Positions 51,096 through 63,073 of a stretch of DNA of 64,000 nt are shown piece by piece. Source of the DNA: Okamejei kenojei (lineage: Eukaryota); contig JAVHYY010000912.1 in the NCBI GenBank assembly GCA_035221665.1, forward strand, positions 1 through 64,000, read 5' to 3'. Position 1 is the first letter of the stretch, and every line of letters begins with the position of its first letter. The position numbers were made by a program, and so were the translations under genes. The notes under the pieces are model-generated. The model made no database searches. It saw nothing but the letters and a program-made list of their open reading frames with translations, and had not been told where the DNA came from.

Positions 51096-51742
51096 TGTGA
51101 GATACCCTTTATGCTCACAATTAATACTCAAAGACTAAATTCTGGAAGCAAAAGATTTCTTTATTTTACGAGTCTGCAGACCGGGTGCCTCTCCAACTCG
51201 AGACACACCGAAGCCAGAGAGATCATCCCCCTTTATACACAAAATCTTACATTCAATCCCCCCTCCGGACCCTTCTCCAATCAGGGTCGGAGGTGCACAA
51301 TCTGTAGGTACATCCCACCGTACATCCCCTCGCACCTCCCATATCATACATTGCATGTTCAAACATGTTCATGGTAATGAGCAATTTCTTGACCAGGGGT
51401 GTGTTGTAATATTCATTTATTCTATTAAGCATTCTCAATTGCTCATGACCTGGCCCAGTTTTACTCACATCCTAGTGAACCCTCTCAGTTTTCCTATATC
51501 AGTACTAAAGCTAAGCTACAGTGACAAGGGTCCCATCCATCACTCCTTTCCACTGATAGGGATCTCTCTACATCACTCCCTTCTCTAGCTATACAATGAA
51601 TCTCTTCTTACTCAAGGCCTCACGGATGGGTTTGGCAACCTTCAGACACTGCTGTGTCAGAATCCTCTCTCCAGCCCCTCTCTGTTTGAATTCTCTTTAA
51701 AACTCCTTTCTTTAATAGGGTTTAATCACTTTATCCCTCACA
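51096..51742 (-). repeat. ERV 5' LTR
   Basis: 647 bp, near-identical to 45160-45807. Confidence 0.95.
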
Positions 51743-52283
51743 AGCGTATTGGCGTTCAAATATTCATCTGAATCGCGGATTCCATGCCTTTCCCTCAACA
51801 TCTCCTCTGTGCCATTTTACAAAGCCATTGTCCACATATCGCCCCATACACGTGCCTTTGCCCTTATTTCCTTTCATCCCCTGACAAAGCTCGATTGTTT
51901 TAGTATTGTTATCAGTGGCATTAGTTTTACGTATGTTTTGAGATAATTCACTGCTTTAACTGAGAAATTCTTGTCACTGTTATTTTGAAGAACGTGCGCC
52001 AGTGAGGACATCGTTGGCGACTTAATGCCTATCTTTATCATTCTCTTAAAAAAATCGTGTTACCGTTATTCAACCTGAAGTGGTTCATCCCAAGGTCTGC
52101 CTCACTGATTACTGTATTCAGATAAAATATACCGTACGTCCAACAGTAGCAGTGCCCCCAAGTTCGACTCAGTGGATCGGTGATTAGTCGGAGTATTTGG
52201 CAAATAAGCTTGCAGCGTAGTTACACGATTGACCAACTAACCGAGATACACGCATGTGTACACTGTGATGACGGTCCAGTCCA

Positions 52284-52850
52284 GTATTCAGTATTTACTT
52301 TAATGTCATTTAACTGAGTACTTACATACACAGAAGAAATGAAAAGTTGTTTCTCAATCAGTCCCCATCAGTGCAGTTAATAAAAACAGAATAAATACAT
52401 ACAACTTAACAAAATTAAAATGAACATATCTAAAAGTAGGCTTAAACTTTGAACTAAAAACAGACATTCAGAATGAACGGTAGCATGCTTTGACAGGTGC
52501 CTAGCTGTCAACGTATGGGCGAGGTTAGATGATTTGGTGGGTGGTGTATGGGGAGGGGACACAGTCCGTCTTTTGCCTGTGGGAAGAAGCTGTGTAGCAT
52601 CCTGCAGGTTTTGCAGCTGATGCTCCTGTACCTCTTCCCAGATGGCAGAATGTAGAAGATGTTATGTGATGGGCGATGTGGGTCCTTAATAATGGAGATG
52701 GCTTTACGGAAGCTACACTTCTGATAGATCTCCAACAGGAAAGGGAGTGGAGCACCGATGATCCTACTGGCTGTCTTCACTATACCTGTTAAGTTGTTTT
52801 TCTACATAAGCCTTGCTGCTCCCAAACCAGGAAGTGATGCTGTAGGTCTA
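52284..52850 (-). mobile_element. Rex1/Babar-like LINE 3' fragment
   Basis: ASRIIG...LPSGKRYRS...SFFPQA motif. Confidence 0.75.
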
Positions 52851-55022
52851 TAACAATAAAATACCAGGTTATTCTGACGATCACTTATTTTCACAGCTGA
52901 GTTCACGCAGATCAATAACATTCGAACACTTTAATACACGCCGACATTTTCCAGAAAGATATCCAATTTAACGAAGAACATTTTATGTGGCAACGTGTCT
53001 TTATTTGAAATAAAAATAATTTTCATCTTGCTTGTTTCGCTTCCTTATGTATGAATTAGGATCGTGCTTCCGTATACCTTACCCTTTCTATCAGAACAGC
53101 CTTCCGGTCCATTCTTGAAAGCAATCAGAAAATGATCCAATTCCGTGTAAATCAGGCCTAACTTTATTTATTGCAGGGAAGAGAACACGGTTGACAATTT
53201 CGCAATGCGTTGTTCATTTTCTGGCGTCATGGTGATGCAGCAGATATTACATTTGCCTTGCGCAAAAGAAAGCATTGTAGCGCATGAGAGGCAAGTCACA
53301 AATGACTAGAGATGCAGGAATGTGCAGCAAAAATAAAAGTATGTGTTGGAGGACTTCAGCGGCGTCTGGCAGACACTGTACAAGAAAATTGAATGCGTGA
53401 GACGAGGTGTAGTACACGAACGGTGAATCCCCACCTGAGGATTAAAGAATTAGTGGATGGACTCTGCTGAGGGGGAGATTGGTGGAGATAACAGCAGGGA
53501 TTGGAACGTAGCCTGTTTTTTCGTTGGCCACATGGAGCATCCTTTGTTCCAAACCCATTCTCGCAAATATCCCCATTCGGTCTCCGCTTCGCGGACTACG
53601 GCTTGTGGACTGCGTCTTGGACTCAGGCAGTACAGGCTTATATTATTAATTTCGCCACTATTGTCCGCCCCGGCCTCAAATGACTGGAACCACTTTGCGC
53701 CTCCTTTTTCCTAATCGTGTTGGCTCTGTAACCCTATGGTTACACCGACTCAATAGATGAGGGGTGATGTAATCTGCAGCAAAAAAAAAACATTTGCTGG
53801 AGCTGCGTCCACTTGAGCCCTGTTGAGACCAGTATCCCGGCAAGTGCACAACGCGGCAGTAGATAGGGCATCCTGCTGCAAGTAGGAAGTGTCAATAAGA
53901 GTCTTTGCATAGAGGAGGCACGCAGGTCACGTGATGTGTTGTAGGTTACACTGACTCACTTCGTCATATTTTCCGCTCCTCCAGCCCTTTCCTTTTGGCG
54001 ACCACGGATCGATTCGGGGGCCCGTGTTGTTGAATGGTTGACACCAACTCAGAAATAGGAGCCGCGCCAGGCTTCCGCGGCGCTAGCAATGTGCAAATGT
54101 AGAATCGCCCTCCTCATGTCCGCGTCTGCGATGACGTTGACAATAAAGCACTCGATGTGCTGCGCTCAGCTGCAATGAGCAACATTGCATTCCCCAATCG
54201 AGCATAATATCGCCAATGCAGGGAGTACACTGATGAAGAAGATTATGTTCATCCTCGTCGCCAATAAGCGATACATTTTCAATCTCGGTATCATTCATAA
54301 TCGCACTAAAGTTTCTGTTTTAATGCCACGTTGTTATCTTCCGTCCAGCTAACAATGATATTCGACTACCTGGAACACCGTCCGCTTTGATCTATCGTTT
54401 TCGCACGTTACCCTTCCATATCTCTAGGCTCACTCTCCCCTGACTCTCAGTCTCGAACCCAAATGTCACCCATCTTCTCTCCGGATATGTCCTTTGTCCC
54501 ATTGTTACTCCAGCATGTTGTGTCTATCTTCTGTAGGGTACTACAAGATGTAACTCCACAAGGAGCTGTGCAGGCCAGTGCACATCTACCCCATTGTTGA
54601 CATTGGGTTTTGAATCTGGAATTGAAGCGCTACAATGTGGATAACTTTATTCTGTACTCTGTATCTTTCCCTTTGCTCTATCTATTGCACTTCGGTTTGA
54701 ATTGGTTGTATTTATGAATCGTTATCTAATCTGTTGGCCAGCATGGAAAGTATAGTTTAAAACTGTATCTTTGAGCATTATATATCTAAACCTAATCCAT
54801 GTGTTTTTCGGACACAAGACACGGCGATTCTGTTCACACAGATGCTGCCCTCAGCACGGAGCACAGAAAGGGAGTTGGTGGGTTTCAGCTGCGCCGATGG
54901 TACCGCAAGCCAGCCCTCGAGAGAAACTGAGTGAGTTGGGAAGAAATCTCAGTCGCCGGAAAACCACAACCACGAAGCGCGGTGCAGAAGTATCTAGCTG
55001 CAGCAGGCAAAGCAGAAGCTGA

Positions 55023-55061
55023 TGTTTTTGTAGGAAGGTTTAACTTGTTTCCATCACTGTG
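55023..55061 (-). other. 23-RSS of V14
   Basis: CACAGTG + 23 nt + ACAAAAACA. Confidence 0.93.
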
Positions 55062-55988
55062 CGTCTAAAGGCGCAGTAATAAACTGCAGAATCGCTCAGC
55101 TTCAGCCCCGAGAGGGTTAAACTCACTACTTTTCTATCGGTCTGTAGCTGGGCAGAGAAGCGATCGCCTGCAAAATCGGCTTTGTCCTCAGTTCCTGTTG
55201 AGTATATACTCAGTATGAACTCGGGCCTTGAGTCCTGATGATGCCGGTACCAATATAAGTAGTAGCTCGTTTCTGCGGTATCATAGGTGCAGCTGAAAAC
55301 CACCGATTCTCCTTCTACCTTCTGTGCTGACGGCACCGATTGTGTGGCGGAATCTCCATGATTCGGATCTGAAGAAAAGGATTCGATTTTGGTTTGTTAT
55401 GCGTACACGAAAAATACGCGGAAGATATTTGTATTACATGCTACCCAAACAGATCAACTGATATTATATTTAAATACAATCAAACCAAACGCGCGTTCAA
55501 TAGATAGATAAAGGGAAAATAGAAAGTGCAGAATAAAGTTCATATTATTGTAGCGAATCAGTTCCAGAGACAAAGGTCAATGTCGACACTGGGGTAAGCA
55601 TGCGTCGCATAGTTCTCTTGAATGTCGAGGTTAACCGAACATTGCCGCGGCTTATAGGTAGGAAGGTACTGCAGATGTTGACTTAAAACGGTTAGACACG
55701 AAAAGCTGGAGTAACTCAGCGGGTCAGCCAGCCTCTCTTGACTAAAAAATAGGCGACCTGAAGAAGGGTCCCGACCCGAAACATTACCTATACCAATTAA
55801 TTTTATCCATGGCATGTGGATGGCGATTAGGTTGTACCCGGTTTCTCATTTAAATGTAGAGAAATATTAGATCGGTTCGCATTCACAATGATGGTCGACG
55901 TTCCGTCGGAGTAAATAGCCGGATTAACTGCTGCGACTTTACCTATCAGACATGCTCCCCACACAATCCAAATGGCAAATGCGCGCAT
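55062..55988 (-). CDS. TCR V segment V14 (family C), apparently functional; exons 55988-55943 and 55368-55062
   Basis: Leader MRAFAIWIVWGACLI; open V exon ending DSAVYYCAFR. Confidence 0.93.
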
Positions 55989-58081
55989 TTTTCCTGTGAA
56001 AACCCCTTTGTGAATGTCCCTCCTCGACCTGGTGCTGAGCGGCTTTCGGATGTTCTCGTCTGTACTGTTGGTGCTGATGGCGCTGTGGTAACGATGGGCG
56101 TGAAATTACAGACTTCCGCCTACCCCAGCTTCCTCCAGTTGGGATTCGATCAGCGTTCTTTCAGGTTAGGCATGTAGTGACTGGGTGGGGATCGAAACGT
56201 TCTCACCGATGTAACAGGGAATACTCGGCGTTATGGTGAACTCTTACGTATCATAATGTGAAGGCACTGTGATGAGCGGGTCAATGAGGGATTATAAGTT
56301 ACGTTCATTGCCTGGCGAAACGTACTTTCTATTTAAATTTATCTCAGAGTTCGACATTATCCCATTCCCACATGGAACCGCAAGGAACGGATTCGATGCG
56401 ACTAAATGCGAGTTAGGATGCGAGGCCACCTTTAGAGTATTGCGTTCCGTTTTGCGCACGTGTCATATGAAAGATGTTGTCAAGGAAGAAAGGGTGCAGA
56501 GAAAAATTGCGATGATGTTGCCAGCACCCAAGGGGCTGAGTTTGTTTCGCGAAGTTCAGAGATACAGCGCGGAAACTGGCCCTTCGGCCCACCGAATCGG
56601 CACTTCCCAGTGATCCGCGCACACCAACAATATCCTGCACACACTAGGGACAATTTTTCATGTATCAAGTCAAGTCAATTATATTTCCATAGCACATTTT
56701 AAAACAAGTCTTTTTGTCCGAAGTGCTTTGCATGAGTGCAGGTGCTAACGTGCTACAATCAGTGGTACATGGATCAACAATACATACAATAGTACATACA
56801 CACAGCGCTCCCTCAGAGGACTTCAAGAAAGGCTTGAGAGTAGAAATATGTTTTAAGTCTAGACTTAAAATATTTAATGGAGGGGGCTGATCTGATGGGA
56901 AGAGGGATGCTGCTCCATAGTCTCGGTATTCATAACACGACAATTAACCTGCAAACTTGTACGTCTTTGGATTGTGGGCGAAAACGCAAGATCTCGGAGA
57001 AAACCCACGCAAGTCACGGGGAGAGCGTACAATCTGTGTACAGACAAGCACCCGTAGTCAGGATACCCGCGAATCCGGCGCAGTAAGGAAGTAGCTGTAC
57101 CGTACACCATCGTGCCGCCGTGGCACTGAGCTATATGGTGAGGATAAGGTGGCTAGGACTATAGTCCATGATGCGCAGGGGGAAGACTGGTGCACAAAAT
57201 CATGAGAGAAGTAAATCGGGTAAACGCACAGAGTCACTTGCTCCGTGTAGGGGAATAGAGAACCAGAGGATACAGGTTGAAAGTGTATGTGTATGGTGGG
57301 GATTTCACAGGAACCAGAGCGATAACCTTTTTACACAAACGGTTGGTGTCTGGATCGAGCTGCCGGGGTAGGTAGTTGAGGCAGGTACTATCGTAACGTT
57401 TTAGACAGGTACATGGAAAAGATAGGCACGGAGGAATATGGGCAGTCTGGTGGGATTAATGCAGATGGAACATATTGGTCGGTGTGGGCAGGTTGGGCTG
57501 AAAAGGCCCGTTCCCACGCTGTATGACTCTGAGTCTAACATAGAGAAATACCCCGTACCATCCCCCTGTTTCCCCTTCCCCTTCCCCGCTTAGTTAACCT
57601 CGCATTCTCTCACCATCTTGTACCCGAATTCCATTTGTCCCTTAAAATAAGGTTTTATTTTACAGTTTCTCGTTATACGTGACAATAATAAACCAAACTA
57701 AACTAAATTAAACCAAACTTAACTGTACCTAAATGAATTTAACTAAACTAAACGAAATGAAACCAAACTGAACTGAACTAAACTGAACTTAATGAAAGTC
57801 ACAGACATGATTTGAGAGCCGTTCAATGCACAATGATTTTCAGGTATATACGCGTCGTTATGTTTGCTCATCATATAACACCGAGCTCCTTCGGTAACAC
57901 TATTTTGCTTTTATTGCTTCAGATGTTCCCTTATAAGTGCAGTGACTCTAGCGCAGCTGTTCCGTCAACAGATAGACCGCACCTCGCTCACCGCCATTGG
58001 AGAGCCAACTGAGACACGGGGCAACAACGAGGGAGCGCTCTGATTGTCGAAAGCGCATCAACAACTCAGCTGACAGACACC

Positions 58082-58553
58082 ATGTGGTTCCTTATTATCT
58101 GGAAGGCGTGGGGGAACATTTTTGACAAATAATAATGACACACATGCATGTCCCCTTCTCTTTTACTTGTGAAAGAGGGTATTATTCTGAGATTTTAAAT
58201 TTCGCATGTCTGATCACTTTTCCGTTTGGATCTACTTTGACAGATCAGTGCCGTGCAGTTTCTGTCACTGAGTCCCCGCCGTTAGCAGTGAAGACAGAAG
58301 GAGTAGCAGTGACGTCGGAATGCACATGCAAAACCCCGGGTGCCTACAGGATATACTGGTATCGACAGATGCCCGGCTCAGATTCTGAGTGCAATAACGG
58401 AAAGACAGCGATGGCGATGAATGGAAATCGCAGTTTGCTGAAACTCGGTTCTCTGTCGAACTCCGCACCGGGAGTAATTTTATCAGTTTCACCATATCAG
58501 ATCTGGAGCTGAGCGACTCTACATTTTTATACTGCACGTTGAGCCGCACAGTG
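58082..58553 (+). pseudogene. TCR V segment V15 (family D)
   Basis: Leader +1 frameshift and GT donor lost; V exon from 58244 frameshifted; heptamer CACAGTG 58547-58553 but nonamer deleted. Confidence 0.88.
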
Positions 58554-58858
58554 ATGGGAATCAGCATACACCCGTAGGCGCCTTGTGGCTCCCGGTAGAG
58601 TCCAATGCAAGTCTCACACGGGTTCCTGTTCGCGGTTTCCTGTCATTTTGAGAATTGTTTCCAACGTCGTTTTTGGTACGATTTGCGCAGGTGCGCCGGT
58701 GGCTTGCTTCCTATTCGCTGAGAGATGTCACCCCTGAATCTTCCTCCCGTTACCGGTCCCTGTTTTTTTCTATTCTCTGCTCCGTCTTTCACTCTCGTTA
58801 CAACAGCTTCGAAATTAATGTGCCGCAGCTTCCCAGCTTCTCATAAAACGCAGTATTC

Positions 58859-59211
58859 ATAGAAACATAGAAACATAGAAATTAGGTGCAGGAGCAGGCC
58901 ATTCGGCCCTTCGAGCCTGCACCGCCATTCAATATGATCATGGCTGATCATCCAACTCAATATCCTGTACCTGCCTTCTCTCCATACCCCCTGATCCCTT
59001 CAGCCACAAGGACCACATCCAACTCCCTCTTAAAAATAGCCAACGAACTGGCCTCAACTACCTTCTGTGGCAGATAATTCCACAGATTCACCACTCTCTG
59101 TGTGAAAAACGATTTTCTCATCTCGGTACTAAAAGACTTCCTGTTTTTGCCACCAAAGTGGATAACCTCACATTTATCCACATTATACTGCATCTGCATT
59201 GCATTTGCCCA
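58859..59211 (-). mobile_element. CR1 LINE fragment with internal deletion
   Basis: (ATAGAAAC)n tail; very similar to 33283-33570; absent from paralogous site near 43938. Confidence 0.88.
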
Positions 59212-60951
59212 CGGAATGTTCCTCGTTGTATTCGGATTCCGAAATTCTTCATTCAAATTCTCTCATGAGTTGTGATCATTTCCCGCCGATTACAATAATC
59301 ACAATGCCATTAATAATCTATTTTAGACCAGGCTGCAAAGCAGGGTTGGTCCACTGCTCCGACAGCGCCAGAGACACGGATGTGAACCTGACAGCGCCGT
59401 TGCCGGTGTGTCGATTGCACGTTCTCCTCTTCGTTAAAATAGATCGTTATTAATCGGATAGTTGCAGAATATATTACTCGGAATAGGGGAAGCAAGAACT
59501 CGATGACATGGGTATAAAGTGGAGGAGGGGGGGGGGGGGCATTGATAGGAACGTGTGTGGTAGTGGGGCAATAATAGTTAATAGGAGCCTATGGGGTAAC
59601 CTTTTCGACACATGGGTGGCGGTGTATGGAACGAGCTAGAGGAGGAGGCGGTTAGGACAGGGACTATCGCAAAGTTGAAGAAACATTTAGACAAGGACAT
59701 GGATTGGACAGGTTTAGAGGGATATGGGCAACCCGCAGGCAGGCGGGTGTACTAAATGCTGGAGTAACTGAGCGGGACAGGGAACATTTCTGGAGAGAAG
59801 AAATGGGTGACGTTTCGGGTCGAGACCCTTCTTCAGACGTCTTCAGATGGGGCATGTTGGTCGTCGTGGGCTAGTTCGGCCGAAGGTCCTGTTTACATGT
59901 TGTATGACTTTATGACTATAATTACTTTATTCGCAATCCCCGACACCATTAATTGTTTGGTGTTAAGATGCAACATTAAAACAGGCCCTTGCGACAACAG
60001 AGTCCATGTCGACCAGCACCCACCAGTTCACAATAGTTCCTACCTTGTCATCTCCTCCCTACGCATGAAGGCAAATTTACAGCGGCCATTTGACCTCCAG
60101 TCTCGCACGACATTTGAGATGTGGGGGGAAACCGAAGCTCCCGGAGGAAAGATAAGCGGTCGCATGGATAACCTGCAGACTCCACACAGCCAGCACCTAA
60201 GATGAAAAGAATGGAACGCTTCACCACTGTGTCATGGTAGAGGGGTGAGGCGTAATAGAGGGCTGGGACATCAACAGTTGGAATATAATTTAGTTTATTC
60301 AAAAATACATTTCATTTAGTTAAGATCAGAGATACAGCGCAGGAACATGTCCCTCGTCGCGCCGAGACCGAACCGACACATTAGCGAGCTGCACACATTA
60401 ACACTATCCGACACACTATAGGGACAATTTACACTTACACCAAGCCAATTAATCTACATACATGTACGCCACAGATCTCGGATAAAACCCACGAGGTCAC
60501 GGTGAGAACCTGCAAACTCCGGACAGACAGCCACGTAGTCGGGAATCGAACTCGTGTCTCCGGCGCCGCAATGCTGTAATGCAACAACTCTACTGCTGCG
60601 CTACCGTGGCCGCCCGGAATTTAATTTGGTTGGGTTGGAATGGTGGGCAAGATAAATAATTCACGCCTTCACGATAAAATAGCCTTCTCCTCCTTGAATA
60701 AACTGTGATCTGGTAAATGTTTGATGAAGCGAGGGGTGGATCTCATGATTGAAACTGGAGATGAACAGCCAACAAAACAATTTGCAGCAATTTGCAGTGT
60801 GACATATGGTTGTTAAAGTAGAAGAGCGTCTTGGCGTTCAAATAGTCATCTCAATCACGGATTCCATGACTTTCTCTTAACATCTCCTCTGTGCCATTTT
60901 ACAAAGGCATTGTCCACATATTGTTATCCGTGGCATTAGTGTTGTGTACGT

Positions 60952-62708
60952 GATTGCATTCTGAATGCAATCACCTCCTACAAGGCCAATTAGGAGGCAG
61001 CTCGAATGTCGGCTAAACAACTCTCCCTGATGAGCTCAATGCGTTCTACGCACGTTTTGATAGGGGGAACACCGATGTGCCTTCCCGAGCCCCCATTCGC
61101 TGTGATTGTATTTCAGTCTCAGTCACAGAGGCCGACGTCAGGAAATCCTTCAGGGTGATCCCTCGAAAAGCGCCTGGACCTAATGGCATACCAGGTCGTG
61201 TTCTAAAATCCTGTGCTGACCAACTGGCTGGAGTATTTACGGACATTTACAACCTCTCACTTCTGAGGTGTGAGGTTCCCACCTGTTTCAAAAAAGCATC
61301 AATTATACCAGTGCCCAAGAACATCAAGTTGACTTGCCTCAATGACTATCGACCTGAGGCACTGACGCCTGTGGTGATGAAGTGCTTCGAGAGGTTGATC
61401 ATGGCGCAAATCAACTTCTACCTGGACAAAAACCTGGACCCACTGCAGTTCGCTTACCGCCACAACAGATGAACGGTGGATCGCTGGCTCTCCAATCCAC
61501 TCTGGACCACTTGGACAACAAAAACTCATATGTCAGACTGTTATTCATCGATTACGGCTCGGCGTCTAATACTATCATCACCTCCAAGCTGGTTACCATT
61601 CTCGTAGAACTGGGTCTCTGCGCATCCCTCTGCAATTGGATCCTCGACTTCCTCATTCACAGCCAACAGTCTGTTCGTATTGTTGGAAATGTGTCAGACT
61701 CGATAACAATCAGCACGGCAGCACCTCAAGGTTGCGTGCTCTGCCCCCTGCTGTACTCTATCTATATTCATGAATGCGTAGCCGGTCACAGTGCGAACTC
61801 CATCAACAATTTCGCTACACACCACTGTTGTGGGACGTATCACTGATGGGGATGAGTCAGAGTAGAGAGGAGAACACGAGCAACTGTCCATATGATGCCA
61901 GCACATTAACCTGGCCCTCAACACCAGCAAAAACAATGAACTGATTGTGAACTTTGGAAGGATTGGGATGGGGACCCACCGTCCCGTTTATATCAACGGG
62001 TTGATGGTTGAAAGGGTCAGAGCTTCAAATTCCTGGGCATACACATCTCCGAAAATCTCTCCTGGTCCGAGAACACAGATGCAATTAACAAGAAAGTTCA
62101 TCAGCGCTTCTACTTCCTGACAAGATTATGGAGGTTCGGTTTGTTAAGGAGGAATCTCTCTCTAACTTCTACAGGTGCACAGTAGAGAGCTTGCTGACCG
62201 GTTGCATCGTGGGTTGGTTCGGCAACTTGAACGCCCTGGAGAGGAAAATACTACAAAAAGGAGTGAGCAATGCCCAGTCCATCATCGGCTCTGACCCTCC
62301 TTCCATCGAGGGGATTTTCCGCGGTCGCTGCCTCAAAAAAGCTGGCAGTATCATCAAGCACCCACAGCATCCTGGCCACACACTCATCTCCCTGCTACCT
62401 TCAGGTAGAAGGTACAAGATCCTGAAGACTGCAGCGACCAGGTTCAGGAATAGCTACTTCCCTACAACCATCAGGCTATTAAACCTGGCTCGGACAAAAC
62501 TCTGATAACTAATAACCCATTATCTGTTATTTGCACCTTATTAGTTTATTTATTCATGTGTGTATATATTTATATATGGTATATGGACACACTGATCTGT
62601 TTTGTAGTAAATGCCTTCTTTGTTCTGTGTGCTGATACAAAGCAATAATTTCATTGTCCTATCAGGGACACCTGACAATAAACTCACTTGAACTTGAACT
62701 TGAACTTG
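60952..62708 (+). mobile_element. Rex1/Babar-like LINE, 5'-truncated, degenerate
   Basis: KAPGPNGIPGRVLKSCADQL, NDYRP, LDPLQFAYR, PQGCVL, LPSGRRY; (GAACTT)n tail. Confidence 0.88.
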
Positions 62709-63073
62709 ATGTAAGTTGTAAGATACGTCATTGCTTTAATTGCGACATTCTTGTCACTGCTATTTTGAAGAGCGCGTGCTAGTGTGGAAATCTTTGGCGA
62801 CTTAATGCCTATCTTTATCATTCTCTTAGAACATTCTTGTACCGATATTTAACCTGACATAATTCATCCCCAAGCTCTGCCTCACTGATTACGGTATTCA
62901 GATAAAATGTACCGTACGTCCAACAATAGCAGTGCCCCCAAGTTCGACTCAGTAGATATGTGATTAGTCGGAATATTTGGCAAATAATTTTGCAGTGTAT
63001 TTACACGATTAACCAACTAACCGGGATACACACCTGTGTACACTGCGATGAAGACCCATTCCCCCAAACACAA

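Larger units (their letters stand above)
45160..51742 (-). mobile_element. Class I (gamma/epsilon-like) endogenous retrovirus, defective
   Basis: TG...CA LTRs, 4-bp TSD AGCG (45156-45159, 51743-51746), PBS, PPT, gag-pro-partial pol-env; empty site in the duplicate near 60826. Confidence 0.95.

Noticed and set aside
58244-58400. Extra Cys (ECTCK) suggesting a NAR-TCR supporting V-delta
   Set aside because: Gene has its own leader, is a pseudogene, and no NAR-type V or D segments lie upstream; a TAC>TGC change explains it
742-58553. IgH-like V, D or J segments, 12-RSS or constant exons
   Set aside because: All V genes look TCR alpha/delta-like with ~23-nt spacer RSSs; no 12-RSS or FGxG J motif was recognised by eye
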